DNA from: a plasmid
Strand: one strand, 5' to 3'
Sequence record: NZ_LR134454.1
DNA: 64,000 nt
Both the position numbers and the translations under genes were made by a program. Below the pieces are notes generated by a model that was not told the origin of the DNA, did no database searches, and saw only the letters and a program-made list of their open reading frames with translations. Within the stretch, counting starts at the first letter, position 1. Each line of letters starts with the position of its first letter. Positions 29,919-41,495 of the stretch are shown piece by piece.

Positions 29919-31061
29919 GTGCGTGAAGTCCTCCTGCTGTGTTGGCGTGACACCCGCCACCCTCAGGGCGGCGGCAGCGAGCTGTACCTCGAGCGCGTCG
30001 GCGAGGAGCTGGCCGCCCGCGGGGTGCGCGTCACGCTGCGGACCGCGATGTACCCCGGCGCGGCCCGGTCCGAGACCGTGCGCGGCGTGCACCTCTCCCG
30101 CGGTGGCGGCCGCTTCACCGTCTACCCCCTGGCGCTGATCGCCATCCTCCTCGCACGGTTCGGGCGCGGTCCGCTGCGCGGGATCCGCCCCGACGCGGTG
30201 ATCGACACCCAGAACGGCATCCCGTTCTTCGCGCGGCTCGTCGCGGGCGTGCCCGTGACGGTGCTCGTGCACCACTGCCATCGCGAGCAGTGGCCCGTCG
30301 CGGGACGCCTCGTGGCGCGGATCGGCTGGTTCATCGAGTCGCGGCTCTCGCCGTGGCTGCACCGGCGCTCCCAGTACCTCACCGTCTCGCTGCCCTCGGC
30401 GGAGGAGCTGGCGCTGCTCGGCGTCGGCGCGGAGCGGGTGGCCGTGGTGCGCAACGGGATCGATGCGGTGGCCCCGGGCGTCGCGGACGTGCGGTCCGCG
30501 TCGCCGCGCATCGTCGTGCTCTCGCGGCTCGTGCCGCACAAGCAGATCGAGGACGCCCTCGACGTGCTCGCCCGCCTGGGCCGTCGCGTCCCCGACCTGC
30601 ACCTCGACGTCATCGGCAGCGGCTGGTGGGACTCCGAGCTGTACGCGCACGCCGCGAAGCTCGGCGTCCTCGACCGCGTGACCTTCCACGGCCACGTCAC
30701 CGAGCAGCGCAAGCACCGGCTGCTCTCCCGCGCGTGGGTGCACGTCATGCCGTCGCGCAAGGAGGGCTGGGGCATCACGGTGATCGAGGCGGCCCAGCAC
30801 GCGGTGCCGACCGTCGGGTACGTCTCGTCGCGCGGGCTCACCGACTCCGTGGTCGACGGTGCCACCGGGCTGCTGGTCCGCGACCTCGCAGGCCTCACCG
30901 AATCGGTGTACACGCTGCTGAGTGACGCTCTGCTGCGGGAGGAGCTCGGCGCGAAGGCGCAGGAGCGGGCGGGGGAGTTCTCCTGGCCCGCCACCGCCGA
31001 CGGCGTCTCCCGCGTCCTGGCCGCGTCCGTCGCCGGGGAGCGCGTCGGCGGGCTCGTCTGA
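29919..31061 (+). CDS. Glycosyltransferase family 4 (GT-B, GT1-like)
   Basis: GT4 C-terminal domain with the E-x7-E-type region PSRKEGWGITVIEAAQHAVPTVGY. 380 aa. Confidence 0.8.
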   Translation: MREVLLLCWRDTRHPQGGGSELYLERVGEELAARGVRVTLRTAMYPGAARSETVRGVHLSRGGGRFTVYPLALIAILLARFGRGPLRGIRPDAVIDTQNGIPFFARLVAGVPVTVLVHHCHREQWPVAGRLVARIGWFIESRLSPWLHRRSQYLTVSLPSAEELALLGVGAERVAVVRNGIDAVAPGVADVRSASPRIVVLSRLVPHKQIEDALDVLARLGRRVPDLHLDVIGSGWWDSELYAHAAKLGVLDRVTFHGHVTEQRKHRLLSRAWVHVMPSRKEGWGITVIEAAQHAVPTVGYVSSRGLTDSVVDGATGLLVRDLAGLTESVYTLLSDALLREELGAKAQERAGEFSWPATADGVSRVLAASVAGERVGGLV

Positions 31062-31306
31062 CCGCTGGGGCCGGCCGGGCTGCTCGGTCTTCGGCGACGC
31101 CGAGCCCGGCGGGACGGCGTGCGGTGGATTCTTGCCGCTGGGCGGGCACTATCCACCGCACGTCGTCGACCGCGGCGGGCGTGCCCCGGCATCGAGCCTC
31201 GCCGCGAGCTTCGGTGGGAATCTGCGGCGGAGCTTCGGCGTGTCGTCGACGAATCGCACCGAAGCTCGACGGCGCCCCGACCGGTATCCGTTACCGTGAA
31301 TACGTG

Positions 31307-31498
31307 ATGAGGCAACGTGAGGTGCCGCGGATAGCGTGGATGATGATGCTGTTCAGCGGACTGCTGGGGGCTGCGACGATGCTCCTCGTGGACTGGGCGC
31401 TGTGGCCGAGCTTTCGGACCGTCCTTGCCGTCTGCATGATCGCGGGCTACGTGATCGTCGCGGCGGTGGGTGCGGTGGGCCTCGTGAGGTCCCGGTGA
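31307..31498 (+). CDS. Small membrane protein (63 aa)
   Basis: Two predicted TM helices. ATGA-type overlap with the next gene. The start is uncertain. Confidence 0.35.
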   Translation: MRQREVPRIAWMMMLFSGLLGAATMLLVDWALWPSFRTVLAVCMIAGYVIVAAVGAVGLVRSR

Positions 31499-32133
31499 TG
31501 AGCCGCTCCCCTGTGGTGCGGACGGTGCCGGTCGCGGTGCTCAAGGCGTTCGCCGGGGTGCTGTTTCTGCTGTGGCTCGCGCTGTTCGCGGCGTTCGTTC
31601 TGCTCGATTGGCCGTTCGACGGCCCGCCGAGTCAGCGGATCGCGCACGGCTTGTTGCTCGCAATCGGCCTGACCCTGGCGACGGTGGCGGGCCAGCTGTG
31701 GCGGACCGCGATCGGGATGGAGCCCGTGACGAGTGTCGGCGACGCCCGCTACATGCTGGGCGGCATCGCGCTCCTCATCCCGGCGATGGCGCTTCTGTGG
31801 ATGGACTACGGCGCGTGGGCGTCGTGGCGCATCGCAGCAGTCGTCGTGCTCTTTGCGGCGATGTTCGTGCTGGTCGTCCTCAACTTCCGCGACCGGCGGC
31901 GGCACAAGGGCGAGATCGCGGCGCCGGTCGCGGCGATGACGGTGCGAACCGCCCGCGGCGACCGGGAGGTGCGCATCGCGCAGCCGGAGGGCTTGCCCGA
32001 CCGGTGGATCACGCACTGGTCGATCGACGGCGCCCCACAGGGCACGATCCACCGCGTCTCGTACGGACCCGACCCGATGCGTTCGCTCACAGCTGCACTC
32101 GCCGACGCGGAGGCCGCGGTCGCCGTAATCTGA
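31498..32133 (+). CDS. Membrane protein (211 aa, about 4 TM helices), unknown function
   Basis: Hydrophobic N-terminal two-thirds. Translationally coupled to the upstream small membrane gene. Confidence 0.5.
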   Translation: MSRSPVVRTVPVAVLKAFAGVLFLLWLALFAAFVLLDWPFDGPPSQRIAHGLLLAIGLTLATVAGQLWRTAIGMEPVTSVGDARYMLGGIALLIPAMALLWMDYGAWASWRIAAVVVLFAAMFVLVVLNFRDRRRHKGEIAAPVAAMTVRTARGDREVRIAQPEGLPDRWITHWSIDGAPQGTIHRVSYGPDPMRSLTAALADAEAAVAVI

Positions 32134-32137
32134 AACG

Positions 32138-33813
32138 GTGGCTGAAACTTCAGGGCGGCGCCCTGCGATTCTGACCGTCGACGACGATCCGAGCGTGTCC
32201 CGCGCGGTGGCGCGGGATCTGCGGCGCAAGTACGGCGACGAGTACCGCATCGTCCGCGCGGAGAGCGGCGAACAGGCGCTGGAGGCGCTCAAGGAGCTCA
32301 AGCTCCGCGGCGACCTGGTGGCCGCGATCCTCGCCGATTACCGCATGCCGCAGATGACGGGCCTCGAATTCCTCGAGGCCGCGATGGACGTCTACCCGGG
32401 CGCCCGGCGGCTGCTGCTCACCGCGTACGCGGACACGGGCGCCGCGATCGAGGCGATCAACGTGGTCGACCTCGACCACTACCTCCTCAAGCCCTGGGAC
32501 CCGCCGGAGGAGAAGCTCTACCCCGTCATCGACGCGCAGCTGGAGGCCTGGCTCTGCAGCGACCACCGGCCCGTGCCGGAGACGAAGGTCGTCGGGCACC
32601 GCTGGTCGGCCCGCTCGTCGGAGGTTCGGGAGTTCCTGGCCCGCAACCAGATCCCGTACCGCTGGTACACCGCCGAGTCGCCCGAGGGGCAGCGCCTCCT
32701 CGCCGCCGCGGGCAGCGACGGCCAGCAGCTCCCGCTCGTCGCCGCGGCCGACGGGACCGCGCTGTGCGCACCGTCGGACAGCGAACTGGCGGCCCACGTG
32801 GGCCTGAACACCACCCCGTCGGAGGAGTTCTACGACCTGGTCGTCGTCGGCGCGGGCCCGGCCGGGCTCGGCGCCGCCGTGTACGGCGCGTCCGAGGGGC
32901 TGCGGACGGTGCTCGTCGAGCGGTCCGCGACCGGCGGGCAGGCGGGGCAGAGCTCGCGCATCGAGAACTACCTGGGCTTCCCCGACGGGGTCTCGGGCAC
33001 CCAGCTCACCGACCGGGCGCGGCGGCAGGCGACCAAGTTCGGCGCCGAGATGATCACCGCCGCCGACGTCGTCGAGCTCGAGGTGACGGGCTCCGGCCGG
33101 CGGGTGCGGTTCTCCGACGGCACCGTCGTGGGGGCGCACACCGTCATCCTCGCGACGGGCGTCGCGTACCGGCAGCTGGACGCGCCGGGCATGGCGCGGC
33201 TCACGGGCGCCGGGATCTTCTACGGCTCGGCGATGACCGAGGCGCCGGCCTGCGCCGGCCAGGACGTCTACATCGTCGGCGGCGCCAACTCCGCGGGCCA
33301 GGCCGCGGCGTACCTGTCGAAGGGCGCGCGCTCGGTGACCCTGCTGGTGCGGGGGCCGTCGCTCGAGGCGTCGATGTCGTATTACCTCATCCAGCAGCTG
33401 AACGCGATCGAGAACGTGCACGTGCGGCCGCACACCCAGGTGGTCGAGGCGCACGGCGACGACCACCTCACACAGCTCACCCTGCGGGACACCGAGTCGG
33501 GCGCGACGGAGCAGGTCCCGGCGGACTTCCTGTTCGTCTTCATCGGCGCCGAACCGCGCACGGACTGGCTCGACGGCGTCGTCGCGCGGGACGGGCGGGG
33601 CTTCCTGCTGACGGGCCCGGATCTCGCGCTCGACGGTGCCGCGCCCCGGGGATGGGAATTGGACCGGCCGCCGTTCCACCTGGAGTCGAGCGTCCCCGGC
33701 ATCTTCGTCGCCGGCGACGTCCGGTCCGAATCGGCGAAGCGCGTCGCCTCCGCGGTGGGCGAGGGCGCGATGGCCGTCATGTTCGTCCACCGCTATCTGG
33801 AAGGAGTCGACTC

Positions 33814-33817
<4 letters not shown>
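32138..33817 (+). CDS. Response-regulator receiver domain fused to a thioredoxin-reductase-like FAD/NAD(P) oxidoreductase
   Basis: REC domain (ILTVDDDPSVSRAV...LADYRMPQMTGLEFL...LLLTAYAD) followed by a TrxB-like domain (DLVVVGAGPAGLGAAVYGA, GGQAGQSSRIENYLGFP). The canonical CAxC redox motif reads CAGQ, i.e. a single Cys. Confidence 0.85.
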
Positions 33818-35294
<1,477 letters not shown>

Positions 35295-35298
<4 letters not shown>

Positions 35299-35645
35299 GC
35301 GAACCGACCGACCCGATCGATCCGACGGTGCCGCCCAGCGGCGCCGGGTGCGTGGAGTGCGACGCCGCCGGCGGCTGGTGGGTGCACCTGCGCCGCTGCG
35401 CGAAGTGCGGCCACATCGGCTGCTGCGACTCCTCGCCGTCGCAGCACGCGAGCGCCCACGCCCGCGCGAGCGGCCATCCCATCGTGCAGAGCTTCGAGCC
35501 CGGCGAGGCCTGGTTCTGGGACTACGTCTCCGAGGACTACTACGACGGTCCGCTGCTCGCCGACCCGCAGAACCGGCCCGTCGACCAGGCCGTGCCCGGC
35601 CCCGCGGGACGCGTGCCCGCCGACTGGCGGAACCACGTGCACTGA
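35295..35645 (+). CDS. UBP-type zinc-finger (zf-UBP) domain protein
   Basis: ATGA overlap with the kinase. Cys/His pattern CVECD...[34 protein letters not shown] typical of zf-UBP. Confidence 0.7.
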
Positions 35646-35713
35646 GCCCGAGTCCTCGTCGGCCCGATCAATGCGAGGATGGCAATAGTCGTATCCGGAC
35701 CAGGAGGAGAACC

Positions 35714-36799
35714 GTGCCGCAGACCGTCAGAGGAATCGTCGCCCGCGCGAAGGGCGAGCCCGTCGAAGTGGTCCCGATCGTGATCCCCGATCCCGGCCCC
35801 GGTGAGGTGGTGGTCGCGGTGCAGGCGTGCGGCGTCTGCCACACCGACCTGCACTACCGCGAGGGCGGCATCAACGACGAGTTCCCCTTCCTGCTCGGCC
35901 ACGAGGCCGCCGGCGTGGTCGAAACCGTCGGTGAGGGAGTCGATCACGTCGTGCCCGGCGACTTCGTCGTGCTCAACTGGCGCGCCGTGTGCGGCCAGTG
36001 CCGCGCCTGCAAGCGCGGCAAGCCGCAGTACTGCTTCGACACCTTCAACGCCACGCAGAAGATGACCCTCGAGGACGGCACCGAGCTCTCGCCCGCTCTC
36101 GGCATCGGCGCCTTCGCGGAGAAGACCCTGGTCCACCAGGGGCAGTGCACCAAGGTCGATCCCGAGGCCGACCCCGCCGTCGTGGGCCTCCTCGGCTGCG
36201 GCGTCATGGCCGGCCTCGGCGCCGCCGTGAACACCGGCGGCGTCTCGCGCGGTGACACGGTGGCCGTGATCGGTTGCGGCGGTGTGGGAGACGCGGCCAT
36301 CGCGGGCGCCCGCCTCGTCGGCGCGCGCACCATCATCGCCGTCGACCGCGACCCGAAGAAGCTGGAGTGGGCGCGCGAGCTCGGCGCCACGCACACCGTC
36401 AACGCGGCGGAAAGCGATGCGGTGGATGCGATCCAGGAGCTCACCGACGGTTTCGGCGCCGACGTCGTGATCGACGCCGTCGGCCGCCCCGAGACGTGGA
36501 AGCAGGCCTTCTACGCCCGCGACCTGGCAGGCACCGTCGTGCTGGTGGGCGTGCCGACCCCCGACCTGACCCTCGACATGCCGCTCATCGACTTCTTCTC
36601 GCGCGGTGGGGCTCTCAAGTCGTCGTGGTACGGCGACTGCCTGCCCGAGCGGGACTTCCCGCAGCTCGTCGACCTGTACCGCCAGGGCCGCCTGCCGCTG
36701 GAGAAGTTCGTCACCGAGCGGATCGGCCTCGACGAGGTGGAGCAGGCCTTCGCGACCATGCACCGCGGCGAGGTGCTGCGCTCGGTGGTGGTCCTGTGA
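35714..36799 (+). CDS. mscR: S-(hydroxymethyl)mycothiol / S-nitrosomycothiol dehydrogenase (class III Zn-ADH)
   Basis: AGGAGGA RBS and GTG start. Near-complete collinear similarity to mycobacterial MscR, including [17 protein letters not shown] and [13 protein letters not shown]. Confidence 0.88.
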   Translation: MPQTVRGIVARAKGEPVEVVPIVIPDPGPGEVVVAVQACGVCHTDLHYREGGINDEFPFLLGHEAAGVVETVGEGVDHVVPGDFVVLNWRAVCGQCRACKRGKPQYCFDTFNATQKMTLEDGTELSPALGIGAFAEKTLVHQGQCTKVDPEADPAVVGLLGCGVMAGLGAAVNTGGVSRGDTVAVIGCGGVGDAAIAGARLVGARTIIAVDRDPKKLEWARELGATHTVNAAESDAVDAIQELTDGFGADVVIDAVGRPETWKQAFYARDLAGTVVLVGVPTPDLTLDMPLIDFFSRGGALKSSWYGDCLPERDFPQLVDLYRQGRLPLEKFVTERIGLDEVEQAFATMHRGEVLRSVVVL

Positions 36800-37422
36800 C
36801 GCTGCGCGTCGAACGCGTCATCACGTCGGGCACCTTCAGCCTCGACGGCGGCACCTGGGACGTCGACAACAACGTCTGGCTGGTCGGCGACGACAGCGAG
36901 GTGGTGGTGATCGACGCCGCCCACTCCGCCGACCCGATCGTCGACGCCGTCGGCGGGCGGACCGTGCGCGGAATCGTCTGCACCCATGGGCACAACGATC
37001 ACGTGACCGTCGCGCCGGAGCTGTCCGAGCGGCTCGACGCGCCGATCCTGCTGCACCCCGGCGACGACGTCCTGTGGGACATGACCCATCCGGGCGTCGG
37101 GCACGAGGATCTCGCCGCCGACAGCCGGATCGCCGTCGGCGGCACCGAGATCCGCGTGATCCACGCGCCCGGCCACTCGCCGGGGTCGGTGTGCCTGTAC
37201 CTGCCCGAGGCCGGGCAGCTGTTCAGCGGCGACACCCTGTTCGCCGGCGGGCCCGGTGCGACCGGCCGCTCGTACAGCGACTTCTCCGTGATCATCGAGT
37301 CCATCCGGGACCGGCTGTTCGCGCTGCCGCCGGAGACGGTCGTGAACACCGGGCACGGCGACGGCACCACGCTGGGCGCGGAATCCCCGCACCTGGAGGA
37401 ATGGATCCGTCGGGGCCACTGA
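36796..37422 (+). CDS. MBL-fold metallo-hydrolase (glyoxalase II-like; partner of mscR)
   Basis: GTGA overlap with mscR. HxHxDH motif THGHNDHV. Same pairing as Rv2259-Rv2260 in M. tuberculosis. Confidence 0.8.
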   Translation: MTLRVERVITSGTFSLDGGTWDVDNNVWLVGDDSEVVVIDAAHSADPIVDAVGGRTVRGIVCTHGHNDHVTVAPELSERLDAPILLHPGDDVLWDMTHPGVGHEDLAADSRIAVGGTEIRVIHAPGHSPGSVCLYLPEAGQLFSGDTLFAGGPGATGRSYSDFSVIIESIRDRLFALPPETVVNTGHGDGTTLGAESPHLEEWIRRGH

Positions 37423-37461
37423 TCCCCGCCCGAATCGGAACCCGGGTTGTATCTTCTTTGC

Positions 37462-38151
37462 ATGACCAGGGTGCAGATGGGGCCGCGGGCGAGCAGGTGG
37501 TGGATCGCCTACCTGCTCGTCTTCGGCGCCGCGCTCCTCGGGGCCGTGATGGACCGGCGCTGGGGCAGCGCCGCACTCGTCGCGGCGATCCTCGTGGCCG
37601 GCCTCGTCACGACGGCCGGGTCGTTGCTGCTCCAGCTCGCGGTGCACGTGGTGGCCTGCGCGTTCGCCGCGCTCTCCGCCGAGATCGCCTTCGCCGGCGG
37701 TGACCTGTTCTGGGGCGCCTTCGGCGTGCTGGCCGCCCTCGTGCTGGGCGCGCTCGTCCCGCTCGCGCTCCGCGAGGGCTCGGGTGGCCGGATCCGCACC
37801 GAGGAGCTCGTCGGCCGCACCGTGCCGGAGGCCGAGCGGCTGCTCGGCTACCCGCGCGACCGCCAGCCCGGCGGTCTCGGCGCCCCGGTCCTCGTCGCCG
37901 TCCCCTACGGTCCGCTGCCCGACGGTGCCGACCGTCGCGCCCGTCTCGTGGTGACCGCGGTGGCCGTCGACCCGGCCGGCCCGTGGATCGCCTTCGGGGT
38001 CACCCCCGCCGCCTATGCGCCCGCCTTCGACCGGCGCCGACGACGGGCGCTGCAGGCAGAGCTGCACGCCCGCGTCGGCGGCTTCCCCGCCGACCTCCGG
38101 CAGGACCGCACCGTCGCGCCGGTGCCGGCGGCGGCCGCTACGCCGAGATGA
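37462..38151 (+). CDS. Membrane protein, unknown function
   Basis: Three or four predicted TM helices in the N-terminal half, then a soluble region. Confidence 0.45.
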   Translation: MTRVQMGPRASRWWIAYLLVFGAALLGAVMDRRWGSAALVAAILVAGLVTTAGSLLLQLAVHVVACAFAALSAEIAFAGGDLFWGAFGVLAALVLGALVPLALREGSGGRIRTEELVGRTVPEAERLLGYPRDRQPGGLGAPVLVAVPYGPLPDGADRRARLVVTAVAVDPAGPWIAFGVTPAAYAPAFDRRRRRALQAELHARVGGFPADLRQDRTVAPVPAAAATPR

Positions 38152-39577
38152 GGGCGGGGGAGCGGTCGGCGACCTCGATGATGCGGTCGCGGAGCAGCCG
38201 GAAGACGGTGTCCACCGAGCGGGTCGCCTGCGTGGTGTCGGGGTGCATCGCGTTGAAGTCCAGGCCCGACTCGTCGCGGTTGATCCACGTGAACACCTCG
38301 CGCGAGGGCGTGGCGTTCGCGAACACCGAGAAGTCGTGCTGCCGAGCCAGTTCCGCGCCCGGCACCCGCGTCACGTCGATGTAGGAGAGCATCGGCGCGG
38401 TGAAACCGTGCTCCACGGGGAACTCCGGATCGTCGGCCAGCAGGTCGATGACCGGGAACACCGGCGTGCGGTCGAGCTGCTTCGCCGTCGCGACCGCCTC
38501 GTGCGCGTTGCGGGCGACCTCGTCGAAGCTCCCGGAGGCCGAGAACTGGACGGGCACCAGCGTCACGTACCAACCGACCGCCATCGCGTCGCCGGTGGCG
38601 GACCGGTCGGCGCGGGGGATGAGCATGGTGAACAGCTCGTCGCCGGTGAGGTTGTGGTGGACCTGCCCGAGCACCGCGAGGAGCGCGCTGTTCATGTTCG
38701 CGCCGGCCCGCTTGGCCGCCGCGCCGAACCGGGCGGTGCGGTCGGCGTCGATGAACGAGGCGTGCACCGCGATGCGGCCCGGGGCGGCCTCGCCGTCGGC
38801 CAGGCCGAGGGGCAGGGGGTAGCGCGGCATGCCGCCCGACCGGCGCAGCGTCTCGCGCCACTGCACGACGTCCGGGTGGGTCGGCGTCAGCGTGGCGGCC
38901 AGCGTGCGCTGCTCCCGGGTGAACTCGCGGTGCGGGCGGACCGGCACCGGCGTGTACGGGGCGCCGCTGCGGGCCGCGGTGTACCGGGACACGAGCTCGA
39001 AGAAGCTCACGGCCTGAGACACGCCGTCGGTGTACAGGTGGTCCGAGCAGACCACCACCTGGAAGTGCGGCTCGACGGCCCCGGGGCGCGCGTTCTCGAC
39101 GCCGGTCACGGCGAAGGCGAACGCCGCCCAGTCGTGCAGTTCCGGCACGTTCGCCATCAGGTAGCCCTTGACGGTGTCACCGGGGTGCGTTTCCGAGGTG
39201 GCCTCGACGGCGAGATCGATCTGTTCCGGAGAAAGGGTGCGGCCGCGCGGATCCGGGGCCGCCGATACCGGGAAAGCGGTATGGAAAACGCCGTGCGCGC
39301 GGACGAATTCGGTGAAGACCGATTCGACGATTGTTCGATCGAAAACATCGTGGATCGTGAATGTGGTGAAAACGAGCCGGCGGGTGCAGGCCTCGCCGTC
39401 GATGCCGCTGCGCAGGTGGTCGGCCTGCACGTAGGACGTGCAGACGTCCTGGTCAGGGGCGGTGCGCATCGCCTCCTTGGTGGTCGCGTCCGGAGCCCAG
39501 ACGGCCCACTCTCCCGCCGGGCACTGCCACTGCTCTGAGAAACCCGAGATCATGTAGAACATGATGACGAACTCCAT
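38138..39577 (-). CDS. Condensation-domain-like acyltransferase (PapA / polyketide-associated protein family)
   Basis: About 480 aa. H-x3-D-G catalytic motif DHLYTDGVS (HHxxxDG-type). Resembles mycobacterial PapA-family acyltransferases. Confidence 0.65.
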   Translation of the reverse strand: MEFVIMFYMISGFSEQWQCPAGEWAVWAPDATTKEAMRTAPDQDVCTSYVQADHLRSGIDGEACTRRLVFTTFTIHDVFDRTIVESVFTEFVRAHGVFHTAFPVSAAPDPRGRTLSPEQIDLAVEATSETHPGDTVKGYLMANVPELHDWAAFAFAVTGVENARPGAVEPHFQVVVCSDHLYTDGVSQAVSFFELVSRYTAARSGAPYTPVPVRPHREFTREQRTLAATLTPTHPDVVQWRETLRRSGGMPRYPLPLGLADGEAAPGRIAVHASFIDADRTARFGAAAKRAGANMNSALLAVLGQVHHNLTGDELFTMLIPRADRSATGDAMAVGWYVTLVPVQFSASGSFDEVARNAHEAVATAKQLDRTPVFPVIDLLADDPEFPVEHGFTAPMLSYIDVTRVPGAELARQHDFSVFANATPSREVFTWINRDESGLDFNAMHPDTTQATRSVDTVFRLLRDRIIEVADRSPALISA

Positions 39578-39753
39578 AGCGCAGCAAAAGACGCGCGAAC
39601 AGTGAGAAACCCGACAATTCCCGGGGGTTCACATTTTGTCGTGCATGACGCATCATGCGCAGTGCTAATTACGGCATGAGGTAATACAGGTTGACGGGAC
39701 GTTCGACCTGCAAAATGAACAGTGGGTTTCCCGCACGTCGTACGGGAACGGGA

Positions 39754-41466
39754 TCACGCCGACGGGGCCGGGGCGGCGGCACCGTCGGGCCTTGCGGACC
39801 CGCGCGCCCCGCCGGTCGCGGCCACGGCCCCGCCGCCCAGCAGCAGTGCCGCCCACAGCAGATGCGCGGCCCATGCGCCGCCCCGCTCCGCGGACGATGC
39901 CGAGTCGGTCGCGACCTCGCCCGGCACCCGGTAGAGCCGCAGTTCAGGAGTGTCGACGGCGAGCTCCAGGCCGGGGAGCGGCACCGTCGGGAAGACGGTC
40001 GCGCCGTCGACGGAGACGGCCTCCACGAGCACCCACCCGACGCCCAGCTCCGCCAGCCGACCGGCCAGGGCGTCGCCGCCGGCGGCCAGCGCGTCCTCCG
40101 CGTCGGACGCCGCGCCCGGCACGCGGTCGACGGAGCGCCCGCCGACGCGGAGTTCACCCGTCTGCAGGACGGGCGCCCGCAGCATCCGCGGCGCGGGGTC
40201 GAGGACCGGCGCGTCCGGGCCGTACGCGTACGTCCGGAACATGCCCGGCGGCAGCACCGCGACCGATCCGCGGTCCGCGGGCACGGCCTCGGCGACGGTG
40301 CGCCACGCCGCCGGGTAGGTCACCGGCGAGAGCGCGCCGCCCACGCCCCACGCGAGGCCCGGCAGCACCGCGATCGGCAGCGCCACCGCCATCACGGAGC
40401 CCCCGGCCCGCGCGGCCGCTGGCAGCGCGGCCACCAGCGCCGCGGCGCACGCCGCGTACAGCGGCAAGGCCAGCGCCACCCACTTCTGCCCGTCGCGCAG
40501 CAGCCCGCTGCCCGGGATCGCCTGCACCACGGCCTCGAGCAGCGCCGTCCCGGGGCCCGTCGCCGCCACTGCGGGCAGCACCACGGCGCACAGCGCCAGC
40601 AGCGCGAACCGGCCCAGCGGCGGGGCGAGCAGCCGCGCGCGGAGCACCAGCACCCCGCCCGCCAGCAGCGCGAGGGCGAGCGCGGTCCAGAGCCAGGGGG
40701 CACCGTCGGGCACGGCCTGCCGGTTCCAGATGCCCCCGAGCCCGAGGAGCGAGCCGAGCGTGCCGAGCCCCGGCTCGGCGCGGACCGCGAAGGCGGCGAC
40801 GCTCGCCGGATCGGCGCGCACGCCGCTGCCCGAGACCAGCGACGGGTACAGCCACGGCGCGGCCGCGCACACGAACAGTCCGAGCAGCCAGGCCCACCGG
40901 CGGGGCGCCGCGACCAGGCCCGCGATCAGCGCGAAGACGGCGCCCGTCGGCGTCAGCCCGCCCGCGGCCAGGCACGCCGCGAAGCCGCCGAGCTGCCGCC
41001 GGCCCTCCGACCGCAGCCCGACGACGACGGCCCAGCCGATCGCGGCGTACCCGGCAAGCAGGCTCCAGTGCCCCTGCAGCAGCCGCTCGGCGACGAACGG
41101 GTTCCACAGGCCCACCGTCGCGGCGGCCAGGCCCGCGCCGAGGCCCGCGTCGCGGCCCACGGCGGCGAGGATCGCCAGCGCGCAGCGACCGAATCCCCAC
41201 CCCGCCGCCACCAGCGCGACGAACAGCAGGGCCGTGACCAGGAGGCCACCGTCGACCACCTGCGAACCGACGGCCAGCAGCCAATCCTGCGGCGTGGCGC
41301 GGGCGGCGTTGTCGCCGAGGCCGAGCGCGGTGTCGGTGAGGTACGAGCGGGGCGTCGAGACGGCGTCGCGGAGCAACAGATAGCGGCCGCCGACGGCCAG
41401 CGGGCCCAGGATCACGGCGGCGAGCACGGCGGACCAGGCGGCGAGGGCCAGGTCGCGCGATCTCAT
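39754..41466 (-). CDS. Polytopic integral membrane protein (possible GT-C-type glycosyltransferase; unassigned)
   Basis: 570 aa, more than 12 predicted TM helices, Ala/Leu/Gly-rich, with a soluble C-terminal region. No motif I can name with confidence. Confidence 0.55.
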   Translation of the reverse strand: MRSRDLALAAWSAVLAAVILGPLAVGGRYLLLRDAVSTPRSYLTDTALGLGDNAARATPQDWLLAVGSQVVDGGLLVTALLFVALVAAGWGFGRCALAILAAVGRDAGLGAGLAAATVGLWNPFVAERLLQGHWSLLAGYAAIGWAVVVGLRSEGRRQLGGFAACLAAGGLTPTGAVFALIAGLVAAPRRWAWLLGLFVCAAAPWLYPSLVSGSGVRADPASVAAFAVRAEPGLGTLGSLLGLGGIWNRQAVPDGAPWLWTALALALLAGGVLVLRARLLAPPLGRFALLALCAVVLPAVAATGPGTALLEAVVQAIPGSGLLRDGQKWVALALPLYAACAAALVAALPAAARAGGSVMAVALPIAVLPGLAWGVGGALSPVTYPAAWRTVAEAVPADRGSVAVLPPGMFRTYAYGPDAPVLDPAPRMLRAPVLQTGELRVGGRSVDRVPGAASDAEDALAAGGDALAGRLAELGVGWVLVEAVSVDGATVFPTVPLPGLELAVDTPELRLYRVPGEVATDSASSAERGGAWAAHLLWAALLLGGGAVAATGGARGSARPDGAAAPAPSA

Positions 41467-41495
41467 CGACCCGAGCCTACTGACACAATGGCCGG

